DNA of 24,000 nucleotides from Massilia atriviolacea (GTDB lineage Bacteria; Pseudomonadota; Gammaproteobacteria; Burkholderiales; Burkholderiaceae_D): NCBI RefSeq assembly GCF_045016065.1, contig NZ_CP051166.1, positions 1,946,003 to 1,970,002 of the forward strand, read 5' to 3'. Shown piece by piece: positions 16,279 to 24,000 of this stretch (position 1 is its first letter; each line of letters starts with the position of its first letter). The notes under the pieces were generated by a model. It saw only the letters and a program-made list of their open reading frames with translations, ran no database searches and was not told where the DNA came from. The position numbers and the translations under genes were made by a program.

Positions 16279-17285
16279 CGAAGCGCAACCCTGCGGGTCT
16301 GTGGACCCTGGCCCTGCGGCGCCTGCGCGCCGACCGCGTGGCGATGGCGTCGCTGGCGGTGCTGGCGCTGTTCCTGGCGCTGCTGGCCTTGTCCAGCTTG
16401 GGCCTGGTCGCCGCCGGCTGGGAAGAGGAGGTGGCCGTCAGCTACGCGCCGCCCTCCTTGCTCGGCCCGGATGCGCCTGTGCATGACGGCGCCGTGGCGG
16501 CGCGCGCGGCGCCGCCGCCGAACGCCTTCGATCCGCTGGCCGCCGATATCGCCGCGCTTGTCAGCGAACGCGGCGAGGCCATCGCCGCGCCCGCGCCGGC
16601 GCGCCTGGCCACCCTGCCGTTCGGGGCCGACAAATGGGGCCACGACATCCTGCTCAAGACCATCAAGGGCGGCGAAACCTCGATCGTGGTGGGGCTGGCG
16701 GCGGCGCTGCTGGCGGTCGCGCTGGGGACCTTGTTCGGGGCCGTGTCCGGCTACTTCGGCGGCGTGGTCGACGACCTGTTCAACTGGTTCTACAGCGTGT
16801 TCACGGCGATTCCCGCGATCCTGATGATCCTCGCGGTGGCGGCGGTGCTGCAGCACAAGGGCGTGGCGACCATCGTGCTCATTCTCGGGCTGACCGGCTG
16901 GACCGGGCCGTACCGCCTGATGCGCGCCGAATACATGAAGCACAAGGGACGCGAGTACGTGCTGGCGGCCGACGCCATCGGCGCCTCGCACTGGCGCAAG
17001 ATGTTCTCGCATATTTTTCCCAACGTCAGCCATGTGGCGCTGGTGCAGTTGTCGATCCTGGCGGTCGGCTTCATCAAGGCCGAAGTGATCCTCAGTTTCC
17101 TCGGCTTCGGCGTGCCGGTCGGCGTGGTCTCGTGGGGCAGCATGCTGAACGAAGCGCAGAACGAACTGATCCTCGGCAAATGGTGGCAGCTGGGCGCCGC
17201 CGCGAGCGCCATGGCGCTGCTGGTGACGGCGTTTTCGCTGTTTACCGACGCGCTGCGCGATGCGCTCGATCCCAAACTCAAGTAG
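16275..17285 (+). CDS. ABC transporter permease, peptide/nickel (DppC/YejE-like) family with a long N-terminal loop
   Basis: An ATGA start/stop overlap with the upstream permease indicates translational coupling. The PFGADKWGHDILLKTIKGGETSIVVG motif and the C-terminal FSLFTDALRDALDPKLK are typical of the family. Confidence 0.9.
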   Translation: MTKRNPAGLWTLALRRLRADRVAMASLAVLALFLALLALSSLGLVAAGWEEEVAVSYAPPSLLGPDAPVHDGAVAARAAPPPNAFDPLAADIAALVSERGEAIAAPAPARLATLPFGADKWGHDILLKTIKGGETSIVVGLAAALLAVALGTLFGAVSGYFGGVVDDLFNWFYSVFTAIPAILMILAVAAVLQHKGVATIVLILGLTGWTGPYRLMRAEYMKHKGREYVLAADAIGASHWRKMFSHIFPNVSHVALVQLSILAVGFIKAEVILSFLGFGVPVGVVSWGSMLNEAQNELILGKWWQLGAAASAMALLVTAFSLFTDALRDALDPKLK

Positions 17286-17293
17286 AGGACGGC

Positions 17294-18958
17294 ATGCTGC
17301 TTCAGGTAGACAATTTGCGCATCGCCTTTCGCGTCGACAAGCACACCACGGTCGAGGCGGTGCGCGGGGTATCGTTTTCGGTGCCGCGCAATGCCACGGT
17401 GGCGCTGGTGGGCGAGTCCGGCAGCGGCAAGTCGGTCAGCTCGCTGGCGGTGATGGGTTTGCTGGCGCCGGAGACGACGCTCGTCGATCCGGCGTCGCGC
17501 ATCGTGTTCGACGGGACCGACCTGCTGGCGCTGCCGCGCGCCGCGCGGCGCCGCCTGTGCGGCAAGGAGATCGCGATGATTTTCCAGGAGCCGATGTCGT
17601 CCCTCAATCCGGTGCTGACGGTCGGCTACCAGATCGGCGAAGTGCTGCGCCAGCACATGGGCATGAGCGCCAGGCAGGCGCGCGTGCGTACCCTGGCCCT
17701 GCTCGATGAAGTCGGCATGCCCGATGCGGCGCGCAAGATCGATGCCTATCCCGCCCAGTTGTCCGGCGGCCAGCAGCAGCGCGTGATGATCGCCATGGCG
17801 ATCGCCTGCGAGCCGGCCCTGCTGATCGCCGACGAACCGACGACCGCGCTCGACGTCACCATCCAGAAACAGATCATGGCGCTCATTGCCAGCCTGCAGA
17901 AGCGGCGCGCCATGTCGGTCCTGTTCATCACGCACGACCTGGCGCTGGTGAGCGAGATGGCCGACCGGGTGATCGTGATGCGCCACGGCCAGGTGCGCGA
18001 GCAGGGCCCGGCGCGCCAGGTGCTCGATCATCCGCAGGACGCCTATACGCGCGCGCTGCTGCATTGCCGTCCGCGCCTGGACCAGCGTCCGCTGCGCCTG
18101 CCGGTGCTGGAGGATTACCTGGAAGGGCGCGCGCAGGAGGGCGGCGCGCAACGCGTGCGTGGCTCTGTGGCGGGCGAGCAGAACGTGCTGGTGGTAAACA
18201 ATCTGAGCAAGAGCTTCTATGCGCGCGAGGGCCTGTTCGGCAAGCGCGAACTGCGCGCCGTGAGCGATGTGTCGTTCACCCTGGCGCGCGGCAAGACCCT
18301 GGGCGTGGTGGGCGAGTCCGGCTCGGGCAAGACCACGGTCGGACTGACCCTGCTGCGGCTGCACCAGGCCACCGGCGGCACGGCCCTGTTCGACGGCAAG
18401 GACCTGATCGGCATGCCGGCGCGCGACTTCATGGCCTACAAACGGCGCATCCAGATTGTTTTTCAAAACCCGTACGCCTCGCTCAATCCGCGTTTTACGG
18501 TGGGGCAGATCCTGCTCGAGCCGATGCGCATCCACCGCATCGGCGCGGGCGACGGCGAACGCGCCGCCATGGCGCTGCGACTGCTCGACAGGGTCGGCCT
18601 GCCGGCGCAGGCCATGCAGCGCTATCCGCACGAGTTTTCGGGCGGGCAGCGGCAGCGCATCGCGATCGCGCGCTGCCTGACCATGCGCCCCGAGATCCTG
18701 GTCTGCGACGAATCGGTGTCCGCGCTCGACGTCTCGGTGCAGGCGCAAGTGCTCAACCTGCTGCAGGACCTGCAGGACGAATACCGCATGAGCTACCTGT
18801 TCATCTCGCACGACCTGGCGGTGGTGAAATACATGGCCGACCGGGTCATGGTGATGCGCGCCGGCAGGGTGGTCGAGATGGCCGATTCGGACGAGCTGTA
18901 CCGTAATCCGCAGGATCCGTATACCCAGGCGCTGCTGGCGGCGATTGCGCGCGCGTAA
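17294..18958 (+). CDS. ABC transporter ATP-binding protein with duplicated ATPase domains (YejF/GsiA-like)
   Basis: There are two Walker A sites (GESGSGKSV and GESGSGKTT), two signature motifs (LSGGQQQR and FSGGQRQR) and two Walker B sites ([12 protein letters not shown] and [12 protein letters not shown]). ATG 17294 lies 8 nt after the upstream stop. The track embeds it in ORF 16634..18958. Confidence 0.92.
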   Translation: MLLQVDNLRIAFRVDKHTTVEAVRGVSFSVPRNATVALVGESGSGKSVSSLAVMGLLAPETTLVDPASRIVFDGTDLLALPRAARRRLCGKEIAMIFQEPMSSLNPVLTVGYQIGEVLRQHMGMSARQARVRTLALLDEVGMPDAARKIDAYPAQLSGGQQQRVMIAMAIACEPALLIADEPTTALDVTIQKQIMALIASLQKRRAMSVLFITHDLALVSEMADRVIVMRHGQVREQGPARQVLDHPQDAYTRALLHCRPRLDQRPLRLPVLEDYLEGRAQEGGAQRVRGSVAGEQNVLVVNNLSKSFYAREGLFGKRELRAVSDVSFTLARGKTLGVVGESGSGKTTVGLTLLRLHQATGGTALFDGKDLIGMPARDFMAYKRRIQIVFQNPYASLNPRFTVGQILLEPMRIHRIGAGDGERAAMALRLLDRVGLPAQAMQRYPHEFSGGQRQRIAIARCLTMRPEILVCDESVSALDVSVQAQVLNLLQDLQDEYRMSYLFISHDLAVVKYMADRVMVMRAGRVVEMADSDELYRNPQDPYTQALLAAIARA

Positions 18959-19060
18959 ACGATCCGCATGCGGCGCCGTTGCCACAGGCGCTGGTCGCGG
19001 GCGGGGCGCGATACCACCTTCGGGGGAGAAGGGCGGCGCGTTTTCGGATAAGATAGCGGC

Positions 19061-20008
19061 ATGCCCAATCTTATCGAACTGCTGCAGGTCTACGGTGTGC
19101 TCATCGTGTTCGCCATCGTGCTGATCGAGCAGATCGGGATGCCGATCCCGGCTTTCCCCATCCTGATCGTGGCCGGCGCGCTGTCGGCGGGCGGCGAGAT
19201 GAGCTGGGGCGTGTGCCTGGCGGTCAGCATCGTCGCCTGCCTGATCAGCGACGTGGTCTGGTTCAACGCCGGGCGCTATTACGGCAAGCGCATCCTGCGG
19301 CTGCTGTGCAAGATCTCGCTCTCGCCCGACTACTGCGTCAGCCAGACCGAAGACCGCTTCAAGCGCTTCGGCCCCAAATCGCTGATGGTCGCCAAGTTCA
19401 TTCCCGGCTTTAACATCATCGCCTCGCCCATGTCGGGCGCGCTGGGGGTGAGCGCGCCGCGCTTCCTCGCCTTCAGCATGACGGGCAGCCTGTTCTGGAG
19501 CGGCACCGGGATCGCGCTCGGCGCCATCTTCCACAAGAGTGTCGACAAGGTCCTGCTCATGCTCGAAAACATGGGCAGCACCGCCCTCATGGTCCTGCTG
19601 AGCTTGCTGGGACTGTTCATCCTGTACAAATACATCGAGCGGCGCCGTTTCCGCCAGGGCATGCAGATCGAACGCATCAGCATGAGCGACCTGGCCCAGC
19701 TGATCCGCGGCGGCCAGCAGCCGATCATCGTCGACGCGCGCAGCATCACCGCGCAGCAGCTCGAACAGGCCGTGCCCGGCGCGCTGATCTACAACGCCTC
19801 GGCGCGCGAGGGCTTCGTCGCCCTGCTCGACAAGGAGCGCCACATTGTCGTGTACTGCAGCTGCCCGAACGACGTCACGGCCGCCCAGGTGGCCAAGGAA
19901 CTGATCGCGCTCGGCTACCACCGCGCCCGCCCGCTGCATGGCGGACTGGACGCCTGGAATGCCCACCACGCCGGCGAAGCCGGCCAGCAGGCCGCCCACG
20001 CCGGCTGA
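19061..20008 (+). CDS. DedA/VTT-family membrane protein fused to a C-terminal rhodanese-like domain
   Basis: The N-terminal ~200 aa is a hydrophobic DedA pattern (IEQIGMPIPAFPILIVAG, GRYYGKRILR, KFIPGFN). The C-terminal ~100 aa is a rhodanese pattern (IIVDARS, HIVVYCSCPNDVTAAQVA, LHGGLDAW). Confidence 0.85.
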   Translation: MPNLIELLQVYGVLIVFAIVLIEQIGMPIPAFPILIVAGALSAGGEMSWGVCLAVSIVACLISDVVWFNAGRYYGKRILRLLCKISLSPDYCVSQTEDRFKRFGPKSLMVAKFIPGFNIIASPMSGALGVSAPRFLAFSMTGSLFWSGTGIALGAIFHKSVDKVLLMLENMGSTALMVLLSLLGLFILYKYIERRRFRQGMQIERISMSDLAQLIRGGQQPIIVDARSITAQQLEQAVPGALIYNASAREGFVALLDKERHIVVYCSCPNDVTAAQVAKELIALGYHRARPLHGGLDAWNAHHAGEAGQQAAHAG

Positions 20009-20187
20009 TTCCCCCTTCCGCAACCTCCCTGTCGCCCACGCCGCGCGTACCTATACTACGCCCGGTGTTGGTGAAACTCGCCTTGAGGCCGGAATTTGCG
20101 CTCCCGATGTACTAAAACTACAAAGAAAGCTTGCACCGTGGGCATGTGATCCATTAAGCTTGGCGAGTCCATCCTACACTCGCCGCC

Positions 20188-21231
20188 ATGACCGACCACG
20201 CCACCGCGCCACACCCTGCTGTCCCGTCTTCCCCGTCTTCTCCGTCTTCTCGGTATACCGATGGTCCGCGCCTGCTGGCCGACATCGGCGGCACCAACGC
20301 CCGCTTCGCGCTGGAAACGGCTCCCGGGCAGGCCGGCCTGATCGACGTCCTGCCGTGTGCCAACTACCCGACCCTGGCCGACGCCCTGCGCGCCTATCTG
20401 GGCTCGCCCAAGGTGGTCGCGGCCGGGGTGGCCGGCTTGCGCCACGCGGCGCTGGCGATTGCCAATCCGATCACGGGCGACATGGTGCGCATGACCAACC
20501 ATCACTGGGAGTTTTCGATTGCCGCCTTGCGCCTCGAGTGCGGCTTCGAGACGCTGGAAGTGGTCAACGACTTCACCGCGCTGGCGCGCGCCTTGCCGCA
20601 CCTTGCCGACGGGCAGAAGCAGCAGATCGGCGGCGGCGCGGCGCGCGCGCATACGCCCTTGGGGCTGGTCGGGGCGGGAACCGGGCTGGGCGTGTCGGGA
20701 CTGATTCCGGCGGGCGACAGCTGGACCGCCTTGCTCAGCGAAGGCGGGCACGTGACGTTTTCGCCGGCCAACGAGACCGAAGTGGCGATCCTGCAGTATG
20801 CGTGGCGCCAGTACGAGCATGTCTCGGCGGAACGGCTGCTGTCGGGCGACGGTATCGAGCTGATCTATCGCGCGCTGGCGCAGCATGCCGGGCAGGCGGC
20901 GCAGGAGCTGGACGCGCCCGAGATCTCGCGGCGCGCGCTGGCGGGCGAATGTGCGCTATGCGACCGGGCGATCGAGGCCTTCTGCGGCATGCTGGGCACG
21001 GTGGCGGGCAATCTTGCGATTACCCTGGGGGCGCAGGGCGGTATCTACATCGGTGGCGGGATCGTGCCGCGCCTGGGCGAGCGCTTTGCGCGCTCGTGCT
21101 TCCGTACGCGCTTCGAGCAGAAAGGGCGCTTCGTCAACTACCTGGCGCAGGTGCCGACGTTTGTCATTACGGCCGACTACCCCGCCTTCCTCGGCGTTTC
21201 CGCGGTCCTTTCCGAAAAGCTCGGCCGCTAA
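20188..21231 (+). CDS. glk: Glucokinase
   Basis: The sequence [36 protein letters not shown] and IGGGIVPRL are canonical Glk motifs. A ~25-aa N-terminal extension precedes them. There is no clear RBS. Confidence 0.88.
   Translation: MTDHATAPHPAVPSSPSSPSSRYTDGPRLLADIGGTNARFALETAPGQAGLIDVLPCANYPTLADALRAYLGSPKVVAAGVAGLRHAALAIANPITGDMVRMTNHHWEFSIAALRLECGFETLEVVNDFTALARALPHLADGQKQQIGGGAARAHTPLGLVGAGTGLGVSGLIPAGDSWTALLSEGGHVTFSPANETEVAILQYAWRQYEHVSAERLLSGDGIELIYRALAQHAGQAAQELDAPEISRRALAGECALCDRAIEAFCGMLGTVAGNLAITLGAQGGIYIGGGIVPRLGERFARSCFRTRFEQKGRFVNYLAQVPTFVITADYPAFLGVSAVLSEKLGR
20224..20250 (+). repeat. In-frame 9-nt tandem repeat x3 (ccgtcttcc / ccgtcttct / ccgtcttct) encoding PSS-PSS-PSS in the glk N-terminal extension
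   Basis: Read directly from the sequence. Confidence 0.85.
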
Positions 21232-21270
21232 AACTTCACCACGGTCCGGCCTCCGATTCGCAATTAATTT

Positions 21271-21294
21271 CTCAAAGGCACACTCAAAGGCACA
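21271..21294. repeat. Perfect tandem duplication of the 12-mer CTCAAAGGCACA
   Basis: Positions 21271-21282 and 21283-21294 are identical. The repeat is intergenic, 40 nt past the glk stop. Confidence 0.85.
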
Positions 21295-21338
21295 GCAATC
21301 TGCGTCATTTCTGAGGTTTTGCCAGGAAAATTCCCGCC

Positions 21339-21643
21339 ACCGGGGTCAGAGCTTTAATTAGAAACTTCATTATCCCCGGCATTTTCCCGTACCCTGGCCT
21401 GCGCTCTGGCCAGCAATTCATTGAATTTCTTGTGTCTGATAAGCCAGTTTACGGCACACTTGCGGGCCGAAAATTCAGCTGTCTCCTGACGCTTTTCATA
21501 GAGGGGGTGGCGAGAATGGCGCGCGACTCTGACGCTGCGGTGTTCGTGCGGTAACTAGCTTCTCATCGGTGGTCAGGCCCCGCTCGGGAGCCCGTTCGGT
21601 TTCCGGACGGTATTTAGATGCAAATTAAAGCTCTGACCCCGGT
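21339..21643. mobile_element. MITE-like non-autonomous element or IS remnant bounded by perfect 21-bp terminal inverted repeats
   Basis: Left repeat accggggtcagagctttaatt (21339-21359) is the exact reverse complement of aattaaagctctgaccccggt (21623-21643). The 263-bp interior is visibly more AT-rich than the surroundings. A start-less open frame on the minus strand ends with its stop codon inside the left repeat. Confidence 0.5.
21354..21554 (-). pseudogene. Start-less 66-codon open frame inside the MITE-like element, possibly a 3' remnant of a transposase or other gene
   Basis: My translation is LPHEHRSVRVARHSRHPLYEKRQETAEFSARKCAVNWLIRHKKFNELLARAQARVRENAGDNEVSN*. It has no ATG/GTG start and the only TTG lies within ~20 codons of the stop. 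Its TAA (21354-21356) lies within the inverted repeat. I do not recognise the family. Confidence 0.3.
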
Positions 21644-22071
21644 TTGGGGGGGGAACTGATTGCTGATCAGGGCGCAGGCCCCGGGTGCGGCGCGTTTGCA
21701 GGCGTTTCCGACGCCGGGGATTGTGCTTTTTGCGCTTTTATCGGGTACAATGGCCTGTGTTGGAGTAAACGATGTCGATCGTTCGTGTAGTGCGCGCCCG
21801 GAGCTTGGCCTCCTTGCCGCTGCGACGAACCAGCGTTTCTCTTGAAAATCAACGGTTTAGCCTCGCCAGGTATGCAGGCAACCGTGTGGCAGGGTTCGCA
21901 TCTCGCCACCTGTAACATTCCCGCCCAGCGCGCTTCGTCCCGGGCGACGGATTCCAGTTTCAACGTGTTTTCATGCTGTCGGCGTCTTGTTTGACGCGCG
22001 CCACCATGCGTTGAGTGGTATTTGTTTGATTTTTTCTCGCACCTAATTGCAACATCCGCACAGACATCGTT

Positions 22072-22875
22072 ATGAATACTGATGAGGCCAAACGGGTCCT
22101 CGAAACCGCTTTGCTCTGTGCGCGCGAGCCCATGTCGATCCATGGCATGAAGAAGCTGTTCGTCGATGTCGATGACCATGGCCGCCCGATCGGCGCCGGG
22201 GTCGGCGCCGACACCATCAAGATCATGCTGGAAGAGTTGCGCCGCGACTGGAGCGAACGCGGCATCGAAATCGTCAGCCTGGCCAGCGGCTGGCGCTTCC
22301 AGAGCCGCCCTGAAATGAAGCAGTACCTCGATCGCCTGAGCCCGGAAAAGCCGCAGAAGTATTCGCGCGCGACCCTGGAAACCCTGGCGATCATCGCCTA
22401 TCGCCAGCCGGTCACCCGCGGCGATATCGAAGAAATACGCGGCGTTGCCGTCAATTCGCAGACGATCAAGATGCTGGAAGACCGCGGCTGGATCGATGCG
22501 ATCGGTTATCGCGATGTGATCGGCCGCCCGGCCTTGCTGGGCACGACCAAGCAGTTCCTTGACGATCTGGGCTTGAATTCGCTGTCCCAGCTGCCTCCCT
22601 TGCAGCAAATCAGCGACATGCAGGGCGGTCACGAAATGGAAGCACTCGAGGCTGCCTTGCAGGAAAATTTTGATAAAGCGGCGGCCTCGGAGGCCGCAAA
22701 CGACGATGGTGCAGGTAGCGGCGACGCGCTGGAGGCATTTCCTCCCGCCGTCGCGGATGCGGCCGGCTCCGATACTTCATCTCCTGAAGTCCTCATTCAC
22801 GACCCTGCGCCAGAAATAACGGTTGACGCTGCGCCAGGTCAGCACAACCAAGAAACGAATAATGAATCCAACTAA
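22072..22875 (+). CDS. scpB: Segregation and condensation protein B (SMC-ScpAB complex subunit)
   Basis: The sequences [61 protein letters not shown] and [18 protein letters not shown] are typical ScpB winged-helix motifs. An acidic disordered tail follows. Confidence 0.9.
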   Translation: MNTDEAKRVLETALLCAREPMSIHGMKKLFVDVDDHGRPIGAGVGADTIKIMLEELRRDWSERGIEIVSLASGWRFQSRPEMKQYLDRLSPEKPQKYSRATLETLAIIAYRQPVTRGDIEEIRGVAVNSQTIKMLEDRGWIDAIGYRDVIGRPALLGTTKQFLDDLGLNSLSQLPPLQQISDMQGGHEMEALEAALQENFDKAAASEAANDDGAGSGDALEAFPPAVADAAGSDTSSPEVLIHDPAPEITVDAAPGQHNQETNNESN

Positions 22876-24000
22876 ACCGACTGAGACAATTACCGCCGAC
22901 ATCGCTGGCATGGATGAGGCCGCGACTAAGCCAAAACGCCGCACCAAGGCACAGATAGAGGCGGACGCCGCCGCCGGCATCGAGGCGCCGAAACCGAAGC
23001 GCGCCGCCGCCAAAAAGGCCGTCGCCGACAGCGAGGCCAGCGCGCCCGCCGCCGACGCCGCGCCCGCCAAGGCCCCGGCCAAGCCGCGCACGAAAAAGGC
23101 AGTTGCCGTAGCAGCGGATGAGTCCGCTCCAGCAGCCGCCAGCGCCGCCGCTCCCGCAGCAGCCGCTCCCGCAGCGGCCGCTCCGGCAGCCGCCGCCAGC
23201 GCCCCCGTGGACGCCGCCCCGGCCGCCAGCGACAAGCCCGCCGCCCGCAAGCCGCGCGCCCCCGAAAGCAGTCGTCGCCGAGTCCGCTCCCGCCGCCGAT
23301 GCGGCCGCCCCCCGGCCGCCGACGGCGCCGCCCCCGCCAATGGCGAACGCGGCCCGCGCCCGCCACGCGGCCCGCGCCAGATGCGCGAACTGCGCGGCCA
23401 GCGCGAAGCCCGCATCCAGATGGAGCGCCTCGAAGCCGGCGAGCCGGCGGAACCTGTCGCCGAAGCGCCGGCCGAGCCGGCCGCCCGTCCCGAGCGCGGC
23501 CCGCGTCCGGAGCGCAGCCTTGACGCCAAGCCGCGCGTCAAGAAGAACAAAAAAGGCAATCCGGGCCTGCAGCACCACGGCAAGAACAAGCTGAACGACG
23601 CCGATGCGGCCTTCTCGTACGTCACCTCGGACGCCTTCGACGCCAACGACGGCGGCCGTTCGCAGCCGGTCAAGCAGGTGCGGCGCGACCTGACCTCGGA
23701 CGACGACGCACCGAAATTGCACAAGGTCCTGGCCGAAGCCGGCCTCGGTTCGCGCCGCGACATGGAAGACCTGATCGTCGCCGGCCGCGTGTCGGTCAAC
23801 GGCGAGCCGGCCCACATCGGCCAGCGCATCCTGCCGACCGACGCCGTGCGCATCAACGGCAAGCTGATCCACCGCAAGGTGAGCAGCAAGCCGCCGCGCG
23901 TGCTGGTGTACCACAAGCCGGCCGGCGAAATCGTCAGCCACGACGATCCGGAAGGCCGTCCATCGGTGTTCGACCGCCTGCCGACCATGAAGGCCGGCAA
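22862..24000 (+). CDS. rluB: 23S rRNA pseudouridine synthase RluB with a long Ala/Pro/Lys-rich N-terminal extension, 3' end cut by the window edge
   Basis: This ORF is missing from the supplied track because it runs off the 3' edge. I translated it by hand from ATG 22862, which overlaps the scpB stop by 14 nt. An in-frame ATG at 22910 is an alternative start. The frame is open to position 24000. The end reads [40 protein letters not shown] (S4 domain), then [30 protein letters not shown] (start of the pseudouridine synthase core). Confidence 0.85.
   Translation, partial: MNPTKPTETITADIAGMDEAATKPKRRTKAQIEADAAAGIEAPKPKRAAAKKAVADSEASAPAADAAPAKAPAKPRTKKAVAVAADESAPAAASAAAPAAAAPAAAAPAAAASAPVDAAPAASDKPAARKPRAPESSRRRVRSRRRCGRPPAADGAAPANGERGPRPPRGPRQMRELRGQREARIQMERLEAGEPAEPVAEAPAEPAARPERGPRPERSLDAKPRVKKNKKGNPGLQHHGKNKLNDADAAFSYVTSDAFDANDGGRSQPVKQVRRDLTSDDDAPKLHKVLAEAGLGSRRDMEDLIVAGRVSVNGEPAHIGQRILPTDAVRINGKLIHRKVSSKPPRVLVYHKPAGEIVSHDDPEGRPSVFDRLPTMKAG
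23147..23191 (+). repeat. In-frame 15-nt tandem repeat x3 (gccgctcccgcagca / gccgctcccgcagcg / gccgctccggcagcc) encoding AAPAA x3 in the rluB low-complexity region
   Basis: Read directly from the sequence. Confidence 0.8.

Noticed and set aside
18959-19060. Possible terminator hairpins between the ABC ATPase gene and the DedA-rhodanese gene (CCGCATGCGG, and CCTTC-gggga-GAAGG followed by gcggcgcgtttt).
   Set aside because: The stems are only 4-5 bp and are not directly followed by a T-run. This is too weak to call.
21342-21640. Reading the MITE-like element as a Tn3-derived miniature element (TIME), because its ends are GGGG...CCCC and its size is ~300 bp.
   Set aside because: Left/right identity stops after ~21 bp, well short of the ~38 bp typical of Tn3-family repeats. 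The 5-bp flanks (ccacc vs ggttt) are not a direct duplication. The family assignment is therefore unsupported.
21893-21898. GGTTCG motif resembling a tRNA T-arm, within cagggttcgcatctcgccacc.
   Set aside because: I could not build complementary T-stem or acceptor stems. The loop would read TTCGCAT, lacking the conserved A58 position. It is not a tRNA.
21772-21915. 47-codon ORF (MSIVRVVRARSLASLPLRRTSVSLENQRFSLARYAGNRVAGFASRHL) with GGAG 6 nt upstream.
   Set aside because: G/C at third positions is only about 60% by my count, versus near-saturation in genuine genes here. I recognise no family. I kept it as a note inside the intergenic finding, not as a feature.
22920-23560. Dense GC-rich short repeats (GCC/GCG runs and 15-nt units) that could look like a repeat array at first glance.
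   Set aside because: They lie within one continuous open frame encoding the Ala/Pro/Lys/Arg-rich disordered extension of RluB. They have no spacer/repeat periodicity of CRISPR type.

Overview
GC-rich (roughly 65%) chromosomal window. Gene content and protein style look betaproteobacterial (Burkholderiales/Oxalobacteraceae-like), which is inference only. Most of it is ordinary: three paralogous TonB-dependent receptors (TBDRs), a yejBEF-like peptide-type ABC importer, a DedA-rhodanese fusion, glk, scpB and rluB. The unusual part is a roughly 6.3 kb block (2948-9153) bracketed by two strong hairpin terminators and by TBDR genes. It holds a tight operon of ispH, an unknown 116-aa Cys-rich protein, an unknown 229-aa protein and an archaeal-style polyprenyl diphosphate synthase. 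This operon converges on a geranylgeranyl-reductase-family flavoenzyme, which is itself divergent from an R-body (RebB, killing trait) homolog followed by an unknown 350-aa protein. I recognise no family for the three unknown proteins, and they are the best candidates for something undescribed. A second oddity is an ~840 bp non-coding gap between glk and scpB. It carries a ~305 bp MITE-like element with perfect 21-bp terminal inverted repeats, a tandem 12-mer and a G8 tract. I saw no CRISPR array, tRNA, rRNA, integrase or recognisable defence-system enzyme. Many long ORFs in the supplied track are alternative-frame or antisense artefacts of the high GC content.
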